The position numbers and the translations under genes are program-made. Positions 1 to 10,264 of a DNA stretch of 64,000 bases are shown here, piece after piece. Source of the stretch: Nitrospiraceae bacterium (GTDB taxonomy: Bacteria > Nitrospirota > Nitrospiria > Nitrospirales > Nitrospiraceae). Every line of letters starts with the position of its first letter. Position 1 is the first letter of the stretch. Below the pieces are notes generated by a model. That model was not told the DNA's origin. It made no database searches and saw only the letters and a program-made list of their open reading frames with translations. The DNA lies in the NCBI GenBank assembly GCA_050246315.1, contig JBFWWG010000011.1, positions 64,001-128,000 of the forward strand. Reading direction: 5' to 3'.

Positions 1-202
1 GGACGGCCTACCAAGAATTTGACGTGACCGTTCCGGCCTTGCCCGCTGATGCAGGCGCGTAGGCCGAGCTACCTTATCCCCTCACCCTTGTGTCGCCTTT
101 TCCCAGCGGACATGGTGCGTATAGGCCAATCCCTTGTGAGAGGTGAAGCTGCTTTGTTAGAATTACACTGCAAGCTCTGAAAGGAGGAGAGTAAGCCCCA
201 GC

Positions 203-1270
203 GTGCGAAAGCTGAAGCTTCGAGACAGTACGAATATCCCTGCCCTGTTCGGTCATCATGATCGGCATCTGAAGCTAGTCGAGACGGAATTGGGTGTCCG
301 CATCTCTGCCCGCGGCGATGAGCTTGTAATTGCCGGATCGCCTGAAGGGGAACGCAAGGCAGAACAAATCCTCGGTGATCTCGCTACACTGACCACGGAG
401 GGGTACGATCTTAGATTGGAGGATGTTAGTTTCGCCCTTTCCGCCCTTCGACAAGGGAGCGACACGTCGCTTCGCGAACTCCTCGCCTCGCCCATTGCCG
501 TAGCTACGAACAAGCGCGCGATAGTGCCGAAGACGCCGACGCAGAAGGCATACATCGAAGCGATCGAAAAGTTCGATGTTGTGATCGGTATCGGCCCTGC
601 CGGGACTGGGAAAACCTATCTGGCGATGGCGATGGCAGTACAGGCGCTCACACGGAAAGAGCTGAGTCGGATCATTCTCGCTCGCCCGGCCGTAGAGGCG
701 GGGGAAAAGCTGGGATTCCTTCCCGGAGATATGTACGCGAAGGTGAATCCCTATCTCCGTCCGCTATACGACGCCCTATATGACATGATGGATCTTGATC
801 GGGCGAATCGATTGATTGAGCGCGGGGAGATCGAAATCGCTCCGTTGGCGTTCATGCGTGGACGGACATTGAATGATTCCTTCGTGATTCTGGACGAGGC
901 GCAAAATGCAACCGCCGAGCAAATGAAAATGTTTTTGACCCGTTTGGGGAACAATTCCAAAGCCGTTGTGACCGGCGATATCACTCAGGTTGACCTCCCA
1001 TCGGATCGCGTCTCCGGGCTAATCGAAATCTGCAATATTTTGAGCGATATCGATGGCATTCAATTTGTGTATTTTGACGAGAAGGATGTCGTTCGGCATC
1101 GGTTGGTCCAACAGATCATCCGCGCCTATGATCGACATCAAACCTCAAAGAACCCACAGACCGAGCGGACGCCACATGCATCAGGTTCCAACTCATCGGC
1201 TTCCCGCCGAGAGTCCGGGACGTTATCGGACTTTCCTCATCGGGGATCATCGGGGAGCCAATCCCATTAA
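203..1270 (+). CDS. phoH: PhoH family ATPase
   Basis: GPAGTGKT Walker A, RPAVEAGEKLGFLPG, RGRTLN, LDEAQN, GDITQVDL motifs; GTG start after AGGAGG. Confidence 0.95.
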   Translation: MRKLKLRDSTNIPALFGHHDRHLKLVETELGVRISARGDELVIAGSPEGERKAEQILGDLATLTTEGYDLRLEDVSFALSALRQGSDTSLRELLASPIAVATNKRAIVPKTPTQKAYIEAIEKFDVVIGIGPAGTGKTYLAMAMAVQALTRKELSRIILARPAVEAGEKLGFLPGDMYAKVNPYLRPLYDALYDMMDLDRANRLIERGEIEIAPLAFMRGRTLNDSFVILDEAQNATAEQMKMFLTRLGNNSKAVVTGDITQVDLPSDRVSGLIEICNILSDIDGIQFVYFDEKDVVRHRLVQQIIRAYDRHQTSKNPQTERTPHASGSNSSASRRESGTLSDFPHRGSSGSQSH

Positions 1271-1728
1271 TGCCCGTGATCGTGAAATCTCGACTCATTC
1301 GGACTCCGATTAGGCGAGCGGTGTGGGCGAGGCTTGGCCAGGACATTCTGCGGCAGGTTCGAAGGCCTCGTGCTGAGTTGGGGGTGCATGTTGTGGGAGA
1401 TCGACGCATGCGTCAGTTGAACAAACGATACCGGAAGCAGGACAAGAGCACGGATGTGTTGGCGTTTCCGATACAGGAAGGACCGGGACCTCGGACGGAC
1501 CTGCTCGGGGACGTTGTGATTTCCCTGCCGACGGCGCAGCGGCAGGCCAAGGAATCCAACCACTCTCTGGATCGGGAGTTGGCGGTGTTGTTGGTCCACG
1601 GGGTCTTGCATCTTTGCGGGTACGACCATGAGCGAGGAGGCGCGGAAGCGCGTCGGATGCAGCGACGCGAGCGCGCTATTCTGTGTCTGGTGTCGAGGAA
1701 GAACCTCGTTCGGATCGGAGGAAGGTGA
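1270..1728 (+). CDS. ybeY: rRNA maturation endoribonuclease YbeY
   Basis: TDVLAF and HGVLHLCGYDH motifs; directly after phoH. Confidence 0.95.
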   Translation: MPVIVKSRLIRTPIRRAVWARLGQDILRQVRRPRAELGVHVVGDRRMRQLNKRYRKQDKSTDVLAFPIQEGPGPRTDLLGDVVISLPTAQRQAKESNHSLDRELAVLLVHGVLHLCGYDHERGGAEARRMQRRERAILCLVSRKNLVRIGGR

Positions 1729-1735
1729 GGCTGCG

Positions 1736-2677
1736 ATGGGATGGTTTGACCGGTTGAGCCAAGGGTTAGCGAAAACCCGCCAGGCCATGCAAGGTTCCTT
1801 GGATCGGCTGTTCAGCAGAGGGCCGGATCCGGAGACACTGGAAGAGTTAGAATCCGCCCTGCTCGCCGCTGACTTGGGCGTCCGCACCGTCGATCATCTG
1901 ATGGGACGATTGCGTCAAGGAGCCACGCGAAGTCGCGGGAGCGGTGAGCAGGGGGTCCGTGATGTTCTGCACAATGAGATCGTGCAGATATTGGCGGCCT
2001 GCCAAGGGGATGACCTGGTGACACTAATAGAGCGGTCTCAACGCCCCTTCGTCCTGCTCGCAGTGGGCGTGAACGGCGTCGGCAAGACCACCACTATGGC
2101 CAAGATCGCGCAACGACTCAAGGAACGCGGTAAGGCTCCCTTATTGGTCGCCGCGGATACCTTTCGTGCAGCCGCCATCGAGCAGTTGCAGGTATGGGCC
2201 CAGCGGATCGGCGTCGAGATTGTGCATCAGCGACAAGGGGCCGATCCTGCCGCCGTTGTTTTTGACGGGCTTGCCGCGGCCAAGGCTCGCTCGGTCGATG
2301 TGGTGTTGATCGATACGGCGGGACGACTCCATACAAAGGCTAACCTTATGGATGAATTGCGGAAGGTGCAGCGTGTCGTTTCGCGTGAAATCCCTGGGGC
2401 TCCCCATGAAGTGCTCCTTGTTTTGGACGCCACGGTCGGACAGAATGCGGTCTCGCAGGCTCGGCAATTTCAGGAGGCGGTGGGGGTGACGGGCCTGGCA
2501 CTGACCAAACTGGATGGGACGGCCCGTGGTGGAGTCGTGGTAGCCATCGCCCAAGAATTAAAGATTCCGGTGCGGCTGATCGGCGTCGGCGAGCGAGTCG
2601 AGGATCTACAAGATTTTCGCGCCCAAGAGTTCGTGCAAGCGTTATTTGGAGAGGTCACAACTCCGTCAAGGTCCTGA
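1736..2677 (+). CDS. ftsY: SRP receptor GTPase FtsY
   Basis: GVNGVGKTTT, DTFRAAA, DTAGR, TKLDGTARGG; start moved to ATG 1736 (MGWFDRL). Confidence 0.95.
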   Translation: MGWFDRLSQGLAKTRQAMQGSLDRLFSRGPDPETLEELESALLAADLGVRTVDHLMGRLRQGATRSRGSGEQGVRDVLHNEIVQILAACQGDDLVTLIERSQRPFVLLAVGVNGVGKTTTMAKIAQRLKERGKAPLLVAADTFRAAAIEQLQVWAQRIGVEIVHQRQGADPAAVVFDGLAAAKARSVDVVLIDTAGRLHTKANLMDELRKVQRVVSREIPGAPHEVLLVLDATVGQNAVSQARQFQEAVGVTGLALTKLDGTARGGVVVAIAQELKIPVRLIGVGERVEDLQDFRAQEFVQALFGEVTTPSRS

Positions 2678-2799
2678 TCCTGCCTACACGCTAAGCAGTT
2701 GGAATGAAAGTCTTTCTTCTCATGCTGTCGAACCTGTGCTAATCTGCCGATAAACCGAACCAGATTCAGCGCAGGTCCTGCCAGAGGAGGGACACCTCG

Positions 2800-3585
2800 A
2801 TGCCGACCATGCTGGTGATCGACGACGATCGGCTGAATTGCGACATGCTGCAGGCCATCTTTGCGCGCCATGGTTTTCAAGTCGTCACAGCGCAAAGCGG
2901 TCGCGAAGGGTTAGGACGGTTTCAAACGCTTCAGCCTGACGTGACGCTGCTGGACCTCCGGATGCCCGAGGTGGATGGATTGGCGGTGCTCAAGGAGATA
3001 CGTGCCCGCGATCCCGTGGCGCCGGTCGTCATGCTCGGGCCTGGTGCGACGGACATTCACGAGAATCTTGCACGAGAACTCGGTGTGACCGACTTCTTGA
3101 GAAAAGGCCTGTCGCTCGACATCCTGATCCGAACGGTCAACCGGGTCGCTCGACCGGCTGCGCAGACCCAGGAATCGCGGTACTTTTCAACCGTCCCGAC
3201 AATAGAAGGATCCAAATCCGAACGCATCCTGATCGTTGATGACGAGCCTCTGGTTCGTGACCTGCTCGTGCAGTTCCTGGAGATGCGCGGCTATGCGGTT
3301 CGCGGCGCCGCCTCAGGTGAGGAGGGGCTTGCGCTGGTTGAAAGAGACCCCCCTGATGTGATTCTGTTAGACATCATCATGCCGGGGTTGGACGGCGTGG
3401 AAATCATCAAGGCCTTACAGTCGCGTGGATTCGCCGGCGGCATCATTGTCCTGACCGGCAGCCAGAGCGAGGAACTGCTTCGAACCGCATGGGATCTCGG
3501 CATTCAGGAAGTGCTCTACAAGCCAGTCGATCTCGACCGCCTGTTGATGGCAGTTCAGTTGGTTCTTGTTTGCCGGGAAGAGTGA
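2800..3585 (+). CDS. Response regulator with two tandem receiver domains, no output domain
   Basis: Two REC domains (LVIDDD..LLDLRMP..K and LIVDDE..LLDIIMP..KP). Confidence 0.85.
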   Translation: MPTMLVIDDDRLNCDMLQAIFARHGFQVVTAQSGREGLGRFQTLQPDVTLLDLRMPEVDGLAVLKEIRARDPVAPVVMLGPGATDIHENLARELGVTDFLRKGLSLDILIRTVNRVARPAAQTQESRYFSTVPTIEGSKSERILIVDDEPLVRDLLVQFLEMRGYAVRGAASGEEGLALVERDPPDVILLDIIMPGLDGVEIIKALQSRGFAGGIIVLTGSQSEELLRTAWDLGIQEVLYKPVDLDRLLMAVQLVLVCREE

Positions 3586-5888
3586 GTGGCTGCCACAGCC
3601 GCCATGTCCTCGGGCCGTGCGTGGCTCTCCTGTCGATCGCCCTCATGGTGTGGGGCGCGCTGCCGGTAGCGACCTCAGCGGTCCATGACAGCGACCTGGC
3701 ATCGCCTCCCGTAATCCACCAGACATCTTCGTTCACTCCGGGCCAGCCAGTATCCATCACGCAGCATCGTCTCACCGTCGAACTCTCGCCCCAATCGCAC
3801 CGGTTGAAAGCTACGGATCAGATGATCGTGCAAGTATCCAGGTCGGCGATAGACCGGGTCGAATTCGAACTGGCTCCCACCTTGAACGTCACGAGAGTGG
3901 TGGCCCGGGAGAATGGGCGCGGACTGCCCGTAAAATTTGCCCATCGTCAGAAACTTTCGCGCGACCTGGCGGGGGAATCCACACAAATCGTCACCATTGA
4001 GTTTCCAAAAGCTATCGACAGCCGTGCCATCAGCCTCGACTGGGAATATGACGGCGTGATTCATGATCCTCCGAAGGAACCGCGCCATCTTCGATTCGTG
4101 ACGCCCAGCGATACATCGGGTTATATCGGGCCGGAGGGAATCTATCTGAGCAGCGAGTCGCGTTGGTATCCCGATCGTTCCGGGTCCATCAGCACGTTTG
4201 TCGTGCGTGTCACGCTGCCTCGCGGTTGGACGGCGGTCACCCATGGGCGGCGGGTGGCCTCGTCGGATTCTCAGGCCTTAAACGCCGAGGCGCCGGTCAC
4301 CGAGTGGGAGGTAACTGAGCCGACTGAAGCGCTGACATTGGTGGCCAATCAATTCGTTCGGACGGTACGTGAATGGAAGGGAGAAAACGGAACTCCGGTT
4401 CTGCTCGAAACCTATTTGTTCCCGGAGGAGGCGTCGCTGGCGCAGGACTATCTCGATGCGGCCAGTCGGTACCTGGATGTCTACAGTCGCCTGCTTGGAC
4501 CATATCCGTTTCCGAAATTTGCCGTTGTGGAAAATTTTTTCCCGGCAGGTCTCGGGATGCCGTCGTTCACCCTCCTCGGCAGCGGGGTCATCAAACGGCG
4601 GTACGTACAGCCCTATGCCTTGGGCCATGAAATCGTGCATTCGTGGATCGGAAATTTTGTATTCAATCGACCGGAGACGGGGAATTGGGTCGAGGGACTT
4701 ACGACCTACCTCGCCAACTACTATTACGAGGAACTCACAGGGACCCCGGAGTTGGCACGCGAACAGCGCCGGCTCATGCTGGCCGGTTACGCAGTCTATG
4801 TCCCGCCCGACGATGACTATGCCGTTGCGACGTTCATGCGCAAAGTGGACCAGAAGGACAACGCCATCGGGTACCAAAAGGCGGCCATGGTGTTCCATAT
4901 GCTGCGGCTGGAGGTGGGGGAGCAACATTTTTGGGAGGGGCTGCGTAAGCTGGTTCGCGAATACGGCGGTCGACACCTAGACTGGCAAGGGATCGAGCAG
5001 CTCTATTCCGCATCGACGGGTCGAGACTTGCGGAGGTTTTTCGCCCAGTGGACGGAGCAACCGGGCGCCCCGCGCTTGAATCTGACACAGGCTCTGGTTC
5101 TCTCCGATCCAGCCGGTTCGAACGCGTCGTCGCACAGTCCTGATCTTAGACTTGAGCTGACGGTGGTTCAGCAGGGAGCCCCGTACGAGTTGACACTCCC
5201 GTTGGTGGTGGAGGGGGAAGAGGGGCGACGTGAAACCATTTCGGTGAAGCTCGAATCGTCGTCTGATTCTTTCCAGGTTACCCTGTCATTTAAGCCTACC
5301 TCGGTCCAGTTGGACCCCGACTATATGGTCTTTCGCCGGATCGACCGGACGCGCTTGCCGCCGATGCTGAACCTGTTTGTGACCGACCGGACGCGCACGG
5401 TCATCGTCCCACCGGCCACATCCCGGGAGGAGTCCAGTGTCTATCGGCGGGTGGTGGAACGGCTGATGCCTCAGGAGGGCAGGGATTCGCAGCATGCGAC
5501 CACGACGGTGCTGCCGCCGGAAGAAGCGGACCTCAGCCGGCCGGGAGGCTCCGTGCTATTCCTCGGTCCAACCCAGCGTGAGGCCTGGCGGCAATCGTCG
5601 GACCCCAATTGTGCAAGGCGGGTGCATTTCGCCGAGGGCAAAGTGACCATCGACCAATCGGTGGTCGAGGGCAGCAATCTGGCGGTCCTCGTATCCTGTC
5701 CGGTCAAAGGAGCGCCCGATCATGTGGCCACGCTGTTTTACGGAATGACGCCGGAGGCTGCAGGGCGTCTCACGCGCCTCTTGTTCTTTTACGGATGGCA
5801 GAGCTACCTTATTTTTCAAGACGGGGCCGTGGTTGCACGAGGTGATTTAGGAGGAGATCGTGAATCTGAACGGCTGTTGGTTCGGTAG
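3582..5888 (+). CDS. Secreted M1 family (gluzincin) aminopeptidase
   Basis: HEIVH-x18-E (WVEGL), YQKAAMVFHML, N-terminal hydrophobic signal; GTG start overlapping the upstream TGA is inferred. Confidence 0.85.
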   Translation: MSGCHSRHVLGPCVALLSIALMVWGALPVATSAVHDSDLASPPVIHQTSSFTPGQPVSITQHRLTVELSPQSHRLKATDQMIVQVSRSAIDRVEFELAPTLNVTRVVARENGRGLPVKFAHRQKLSRDLAGESTQIVTIEFPKAIDSRAISLDWEYDGVIHDPPKEPRHLRFVTPSDTSGYIGPEGIYLSSESRWYPDRSGSISTFVVRVTLPRGWTAVTHGRRVASSDSQALNAEAPVTEWEVTEPTEALTLVANQFVRTVREWKGENGTPVLLETYLFPEEASLAQDYLDAASRYLDVYSRLLGPYPFPKFAVVENFFPAGLGMPSFTLLGSGVIKRRYVQPYALGHEIVHSWIGNFVFNRPETGNWVEGLTTYLANYYYEELTGTPELAREQRRLMLAGYAVYVPPDDDYAVATFMRKVDQKDNAIGYQKAAMVFHMLRLEVGEQHFWEGLRKLVREYGGRHLDWQGIEQLYSASTGRDLRRFFAQWTEQPGAPRLNLTQALVLSDPAGSNASSHSPDLRLELTVVQQGAPYELTLPLVVEGEEGRRETISVKLESSSDSFQVTLSFKPTSVQLDPDYMVFRRIDRTRLPPMLNLFVTDRTRTVIVPPATSREESSVYRRVVERLMPQEGRDSQHATTTVLPPEEADLSRPGGSVLFLGPTQREAWRQSSDPNCARRVHFAEGKVTIDQSVVEGSNLAVLVSCPVKGAPDHVATLFYGMTPEAAGRLTRLLFFYGWQSYLIFQDGAVVARGDLGGDRESERLLVR

Positions 5889-7014
5889 AAAAGTCGCAGG
5901 GGTGATGGTGTCGGGAGCCTTGTCGGTGTTGCTCGCGCAGATGCTCGCCCATAGCGCGGGTGAAACCCCAGTGTCAGGCGAATCATCTACGGCCCCGGCG
6001 AAGGCGCAGGTGGAACGGCATCTCTCCAACATTCGGCAACTCACAGTGGGGCGGCAGAATGCGGAAGCGTATTTTTCATTTGAAGGGTCAAAGCTGGTGT
6101 TCCAATCCACCAACGATTGGCGAGACGCCAAAGGCGAGATGCTCCCGACAGCCACCACTAAGGCGGAGCGGGGGTTGGGATGCTATCAAATCTATGTGAT
6201 GGATCTGGATACCGAATCGATCCGGCTGGTCAGTACCGGAGTCGGCGCCACCACCTGCGGGTATTTTTTCCCTGGTGGGCGACGCGTGCTCTATTCGTCA
6301 ACCCATCATGTAGCGCCCGGCTGTCCGCCCAAGCCGAGTCGCGAAGGCGGCTATCGCTGGGCCTTGGACGACTACGATATCTACTCCGTGAGGTTGGATG
6401 GCCAGCAGATGCAGCGATTAACCCACACTCCCGGGTATGACGCGGAGGCGACCATTTCTCCGGACGGGAGGACGATCGTCTGGACGTCCTTGCGGGATGG
6501 AGACTTGGACATTTATTCGATGAATGCCGACGGAACACGCGTCCGTCGTCTGACCACGGAGCTGGGCTATGACGGCGGGCCGTTTTTCTCACCCGATAGC
6601 CGGCGGATCGTCTACCGCGCACAACACCCCCAGACCTTGGAAGAGGTGGACGAGTATCAAGCCCTGCTCAAACAGAAACTCGTGAAGCCGAATCGCCTGG
6701 AAATTTTCATCATGAATGCCGACGGCAGCGGCCGCCGTCAGGTCACATCTAACGGTGCCTCCAATTTCTCGCCCTATTTTCATCCGGACGGACATCGGAT
6801 CATTTTTTCGTCGAATGCCCGTCCCGGAGAACGGCCCTTCCACCTATACCTGATCGACGATGACGGCACCCAATTGGAGCAACTCACATTTGAAGGGCAG
6901 TTCAACAGTTTTCCGATGTTCTCTCCGGACGGTAAGCGACTCGTCTGGGTCTCGGATCGACATGCCGAACAACCCGGGGAATTCAACGTGTTTCTGGCCG
7001 ATTGGATTCCATGA
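5860..7014 (+). CDS. TolB-like beta-propeller protein (PD40 repeats)
   Basis: Repeated (F/I)SPDG..I.(F/W/Y).S motifs; signal peptide. Confidence 0.85.
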   Translation: MNLNGCWFGRKVAGVMVSGALSVLLAQMLAHSAGETPVSGESSTAPAKAQVERHLSNIRQLTVGRQNAEAYFSFEGSKLVFQSTNDWRDAKGEMLPTATTKAERGLGCYQIYVMDLDTESIRLVSTGVGATTCGYFFPGGRRVLYSSTHHVAPGCPPKPSREGGYRWALDDYDIYSVRLDGQQMQRLTHTPGYDAEATISPDGRTIVWTSLRDGDLDIYSMNADGTRVRRLTTELGYDGGPFFSPDSRRIVYRAQHPQTLEEVDEYQALLKQKLVKPNRLEIFIMNADGSGRRQVTSNGASNFSPYFHPDGHRIIFSSNARPGERPFHLYLIDDDGTQLEQLTFEGQFNSFPMFSPDGKRLVWVSDRHAEQPGEFNVFLADWIP

Positions 7015-8129
7015 CCGCGCATGCTGACTCCTCTGACGGATGGTCGACGCGTCTCGGGGTCTTGGTCGGACGTCTGCTGATCGGTCTGTCGCTGTTCCTG
7101 CTCCTGTATGGACTCTTTCAACTTGACGTTCCGCTTGTACGGTTTATTCGATCGTTAGAACATCCGATCGGTTTTTTCCCCAATCCCTGGCTGTTCTGGA
7201 TCAACTGGATCGGCAATTGGGTGGGCGACGGGCTCTACCTGGCGCTGTTCAGTGCAGGATTGTTGGCCTGCGGCTGGTGGCTCGGACGGCGAAACCTGAT
7301 CGCAGCAGGATGGCAAAGCCTCGTCGCCCACGGTACGGTAGCCCTACTTGTGACGGTGCTGAAGCATGTGGTTGGAAGGCCCAGGCCGAAGTTCAGCCAT
7401 GCCGGCGGCGTTCAACTCTGGCCTTCAATGGACAACGGGTTTGACTCGTTTCCCTCTGGTCACGCTGCGGCGACCTTCGCGGTCGCGGCGGTTTTGGCCA
7501 AGCGCTATCCTTCGGCTGGATGGTTTTGGCACGGCATCGCGGTCTTTGTTGCGTTCAGCCGGATATTGAGAGGGTCGCATTTTGTCACGGATGTTATGAC
7601 CGGAGCCCTGTTGGGGATGGTGGCCGGCTGGGTCGTCAGCCGCCCCTTCAAGGAATGGCGGATCTCTGCCTGGGAAGCCCTATCGGCTGCGGCGGTCTTG
7701 GCGCTGGTTGTGTTTGCGCTGTTGTGGACGGGCAGTCACCCGTCGCAGGTTGACTGGGCTATGGCCGACACGTTTGTGGTCGGAACGTGCGTAGCGTTGT
7801 GCGGCGCGCTGGCGCGCCTGTGGGTGAAGACACCGGAGAGCGATAGCTGCGTGGACGGCTGGGGTATCAAGAGGGTTCTTTACTTCCATGGTGGGTACGT
7901 GGTTGCCATCGGGTTGCTGCTGGCGACCGGATCTTCCGCTGTGATCGAGATCGGAGCGCTCGTCCTATCCGGGCTGTGGCTTAGTCGCCCGCGCCAACAA
8001 GACAACGGGCCTGACGCGATGGCGTCCTCTCGCCGCTGGCGGTTCGTGTTTGACGCGGCGCTGGCGGCATCTGTCTTGCTCTCGCTCGTCGTCATTAAGG
8101 GCCTGCAGGGCCTGATGCCTCCGCAATAG
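7011..8129 (+). CDS. PAP2 family membrane phosphatase (lipid A / undecaprenyl-PP phosphatase-like)
   Basis: KHVVGRPRP, SFPSGH, SRILRGSHF motifs; multiple TM segments; ATGA overlap. Confidence 0.85.
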   Translation: MTAHADSSDGWSTRLGVLVGRLLIGLSLFLLLYGLFQLDVPLVRFIRSLEHPIGFFPNPWLFWINWIGNWVGDGLYLALFSAGLLACGWWLGRRNLIAAGWQSLVAHGTVALLVTVLKHVVGRPRPKFSHAGGVQLWPSMDNGFDSFPSGHAAATFAVAAVLAKRYPSAGWFWHGIAVFVAFSRILRGSHFVTDVMTGALLGMVAGWVVSRPFKEWRISAWEALSAAAVLALVVFALLWTGSHPSQVDWAMADTFVVGTCVALCGALARLWVKTPESDSCVDGWGIKRVLYFHGGYVVAIGLLLATGSSAVIEIGALVLSGLWLSRPRQQDNGPDAMASSRRWRFVFDAALAASVLLSLVVIKGLQGLMPPQ

Positions 8130-8151
8130 ACCAGTCTCTTCGTCCCCTCGT

Positions 8152-9921
8152 TCAATGGCCCGGCGGCACGCGACGTGGCTCGCTCTCTTGAGGGCGAGGA
8201 GGCACCTTCACCATCGCTTCGTTCGCCAGGAGGCTATATCCACCATGTGCCAACAGCACTTCATAGGATTCGGTTTCCGGCGGCAGTTTGGATTTCAGCC
8301 TGGTGGGGAGCAGGATGATGGTACGGCCTGGCAAGGTCAGGTAGGGCTTCAGTTTGTCCTCTTCGCCTGGGCGAATCACGATGGTCTTGCGGCGGGCGTA
8401 GAAGATCCACGAGGGCTTGTGCGGTCCATAGGTCACAAAACGGTCGTTCGGTCCGAGGTTCAATCCGGCGATAGTCGCCAACTGTTGCGGAGGACCGAGG
8501 AAAAACTGTTGGAAACGGGGACCGGTGACATGAAGCAGGATGAGGATTACCGCGCCGATTGAACAGGCCATCACCCAGAACATCCCCGCTCGGCGGGTTT
8601 CCGACCGACCAAAATAGCCGGCCAATGAGGTGCCGAGCAGAAGCACGACGCCGGCCGCGACGGGTCCGAGCCCCGGGGTCGTCATGCCGGCCTGCGGAAA
8701 TTCCTTTTCAACCTGTGACACAAAGGTTTCATACACATAAGGGGCCGAGGCCAGCCCGATCGCAAGGAGATACCCGATGAGGGTGGTCAGGTGCAGTGCA
8801 CCTCGGGCGCCCGGGCTCTCTACCTGATCGAGCGAGCGTCGCCACAGCCCGGCCGCCAAGATCGCCGCGGCAGGCAGCACCGGACCGATGTAATGCGGGA
8901 GCCGCGTTGCCGAGAGCGAAAAAAAGATCACGATCGACAGGCACCACCAGGCGGCGAAGGACTCCAGGGACGGTGGCGATTCGGAGGTGTCCCCGTCGCC
9001 GGCACGATCCGAGTAGGTCCGACGTTGGGTCCACCAGCGCTTCAGATTCTGGATGAAGGAGAAGACGAACCAGCCCGACCAGGGAAAGAACCCGAGCAGC
9101 AACACGGGGAGGTAGAAAAACACGGTTCCACCGTGCCCGCCGATCGGGTTGAGGAATCGGCCCACCGTATCGGCCTGCGCCGAGGTGGTGTAGTTGGAGC
9201 CGTGGAGCCAGAGCATGCCGGCATACCAGGGGAATGCCAAACTGGCCGTGAGGATCAATCCGGCAATCGGATGTCCGTGCGCTCGATAGTCCACCCACCG
9301 TCTGGCGGCTGTAAGAAAGGCGCCCGCAGCGACGAGGGGCACCAGCAACCCGACCGGCCCCTTCGTCAGTGTTGCGAAGGCCATACCGATGTAAAAGAGC
9401 CAGATGGCCCGCCTGGTCCGTCCCTCGCCATACAGACCCAGCCAGAATCCGAATAGTGAAAGCGTGGTGAAGAAGATCAGAACGCTGTCCGTCAGCGCCA
9501 TACGATTGATCGCGACCATTTCAATGTTCAGCGCCAGCATCAGGGCCGCCGCCAGTCCGATCCAACGGTCTTGCGTTCTGGTCACGAAGAGATATTGCAA
9601 CAGCACAAGCAGCAGTCCGAACAGGGCCGCATGCAATCGTGCGGAAAACTCGTTGACGCCGAAGAGCAGATAGGCCGTGCTCATGACCCAATAGGTGAAT
9701 GCCGGTTTGGCGAAGCGAGGCTCGTAATTGAGCGTAGGACTCATCCATTTGCCGGTTTCCACCATCTCCCGAGCGGCTTCCGCGTTGCTGCCTTCGTCTC
9801 GGTCGGTGAGCCCCAAGGCTCCGAGCCCTGCGAAGTACAGCAGCCCAGAGATCGCGATCAGGAGGAGCATATGGAACAGGGCGGGTGTTCGGTTCATCGG
9901 GAAAGGCTCGGGCTGTTGCAT
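8152..9921 (-). CDS. ArnT/PMT-family (GT-C) glycosyltransferase
   Basis: DRDEG..AEAAREM, RFAKP, LTKGPVG, GFFPWS, TRLPHY motifs; many TMs. Confidence 0.9.
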   Translation of the reverse strand: MQQPEPFPMNRTPALFHMLLLIAISGLLYFAGLGALGLTDRDEGSNAEAAREMVETGKWMSPTLNYEPRFAKPAFTYWVMSTAYLLFGVNEFSARLHAALFGLLLVLLQYLFVTRTQDRWIGLAAALMLALNIEMVAINRMALTDSVLIFFTTLSLFGFWLGLYGEGRTRRAIWLFYIGMAFATLTKGPVGLLVPLVAAGAFLTAARRWVDYRAHGHPIAGLILTASLAFPWYAGMLWLHGSNYTTSAQADTVGRFLNPIGGHGGTVFFYLPVLLLGFFPWSGWFVFSFIQNLKRWWTQRRTYSDRAGDGDTSESPPSLESFAAWWCLSIVIFFSLSATRLPHYIGPVLPAAAILAAGLWRRSLDQVESPGARGALHLTTLIGYLLAIGLASAPYVYETFVSQVEKEFPQAGMTTPGLGPVAAGVVLLLGTSLAGYFGRSETRRAGMFWVMACSIGAVILILLHVTGPRFQQFFLGPPQQLATIAGLNLGPNDRFVTYGPHKPSWIFYARRKTIVIRPGEEDKLKPYLTLPGRTIILLPTRLKSKLPPETESYEVLLAHGGYSLLANEAMVKVPPRPQESEPRRVPPGH

Positions 9922-9946
9922 CGGGATCGGGATGGCGGTCGGGCGA

Positions 9947-10255
9947 TCACGTTTTCGAAACCGGAGGGGAAATGGATTCGGCCACGGGAGTGCGCGATGG
10001 CCGGTGGATGAGCATCAGGTTTCGGAGGTAGACGAAGCTACCGACGCTCTGTCCGGCGATGAAGACCGGATCCTTACGGTAGATGGCATAGGTCAGCGTG
10101 ATCAGCCCTCCGATGAGGCTCATGTACCAGAATGCGAGTGGAACGCGGCTTTGGGCGCTTCGTTCCGAGGCCAGCCATTGCACGACCCAGCGCATGAAAA
10201 AAAGACCTTGGCCGAAAAAGCCGATCCCCAACCAGGTGAGTTCGGTGGTCGACAT
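9947..10255 (-). CDS. Lipid-A-disaccharide synthase N-terminal domain (LAB_N) membrane protein
   Basis: GFFGQGLFFMRWVVQWLASE..SRVP..FW..S..YA...DPVFI.GQ. Confidence 0.85.
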   Translation of the reverse strand: MSTTELTWLGIGFFGQGLFFMRWVVQWLASERSAQSRVPLAFWYMSLIGGLITLTYAIYRKDPVFIAGQSVGSFVYLRNLMLIHRPSRTPVAESISPPVSKT

Positions 10256-10264
10256 GGGGAAAGG

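Noticed and set aside
3..62. Possible 3' end of an upstream CDS (TAYQEFDVTVPALPADAGA*)
   Set aside because: Too short to support or identify
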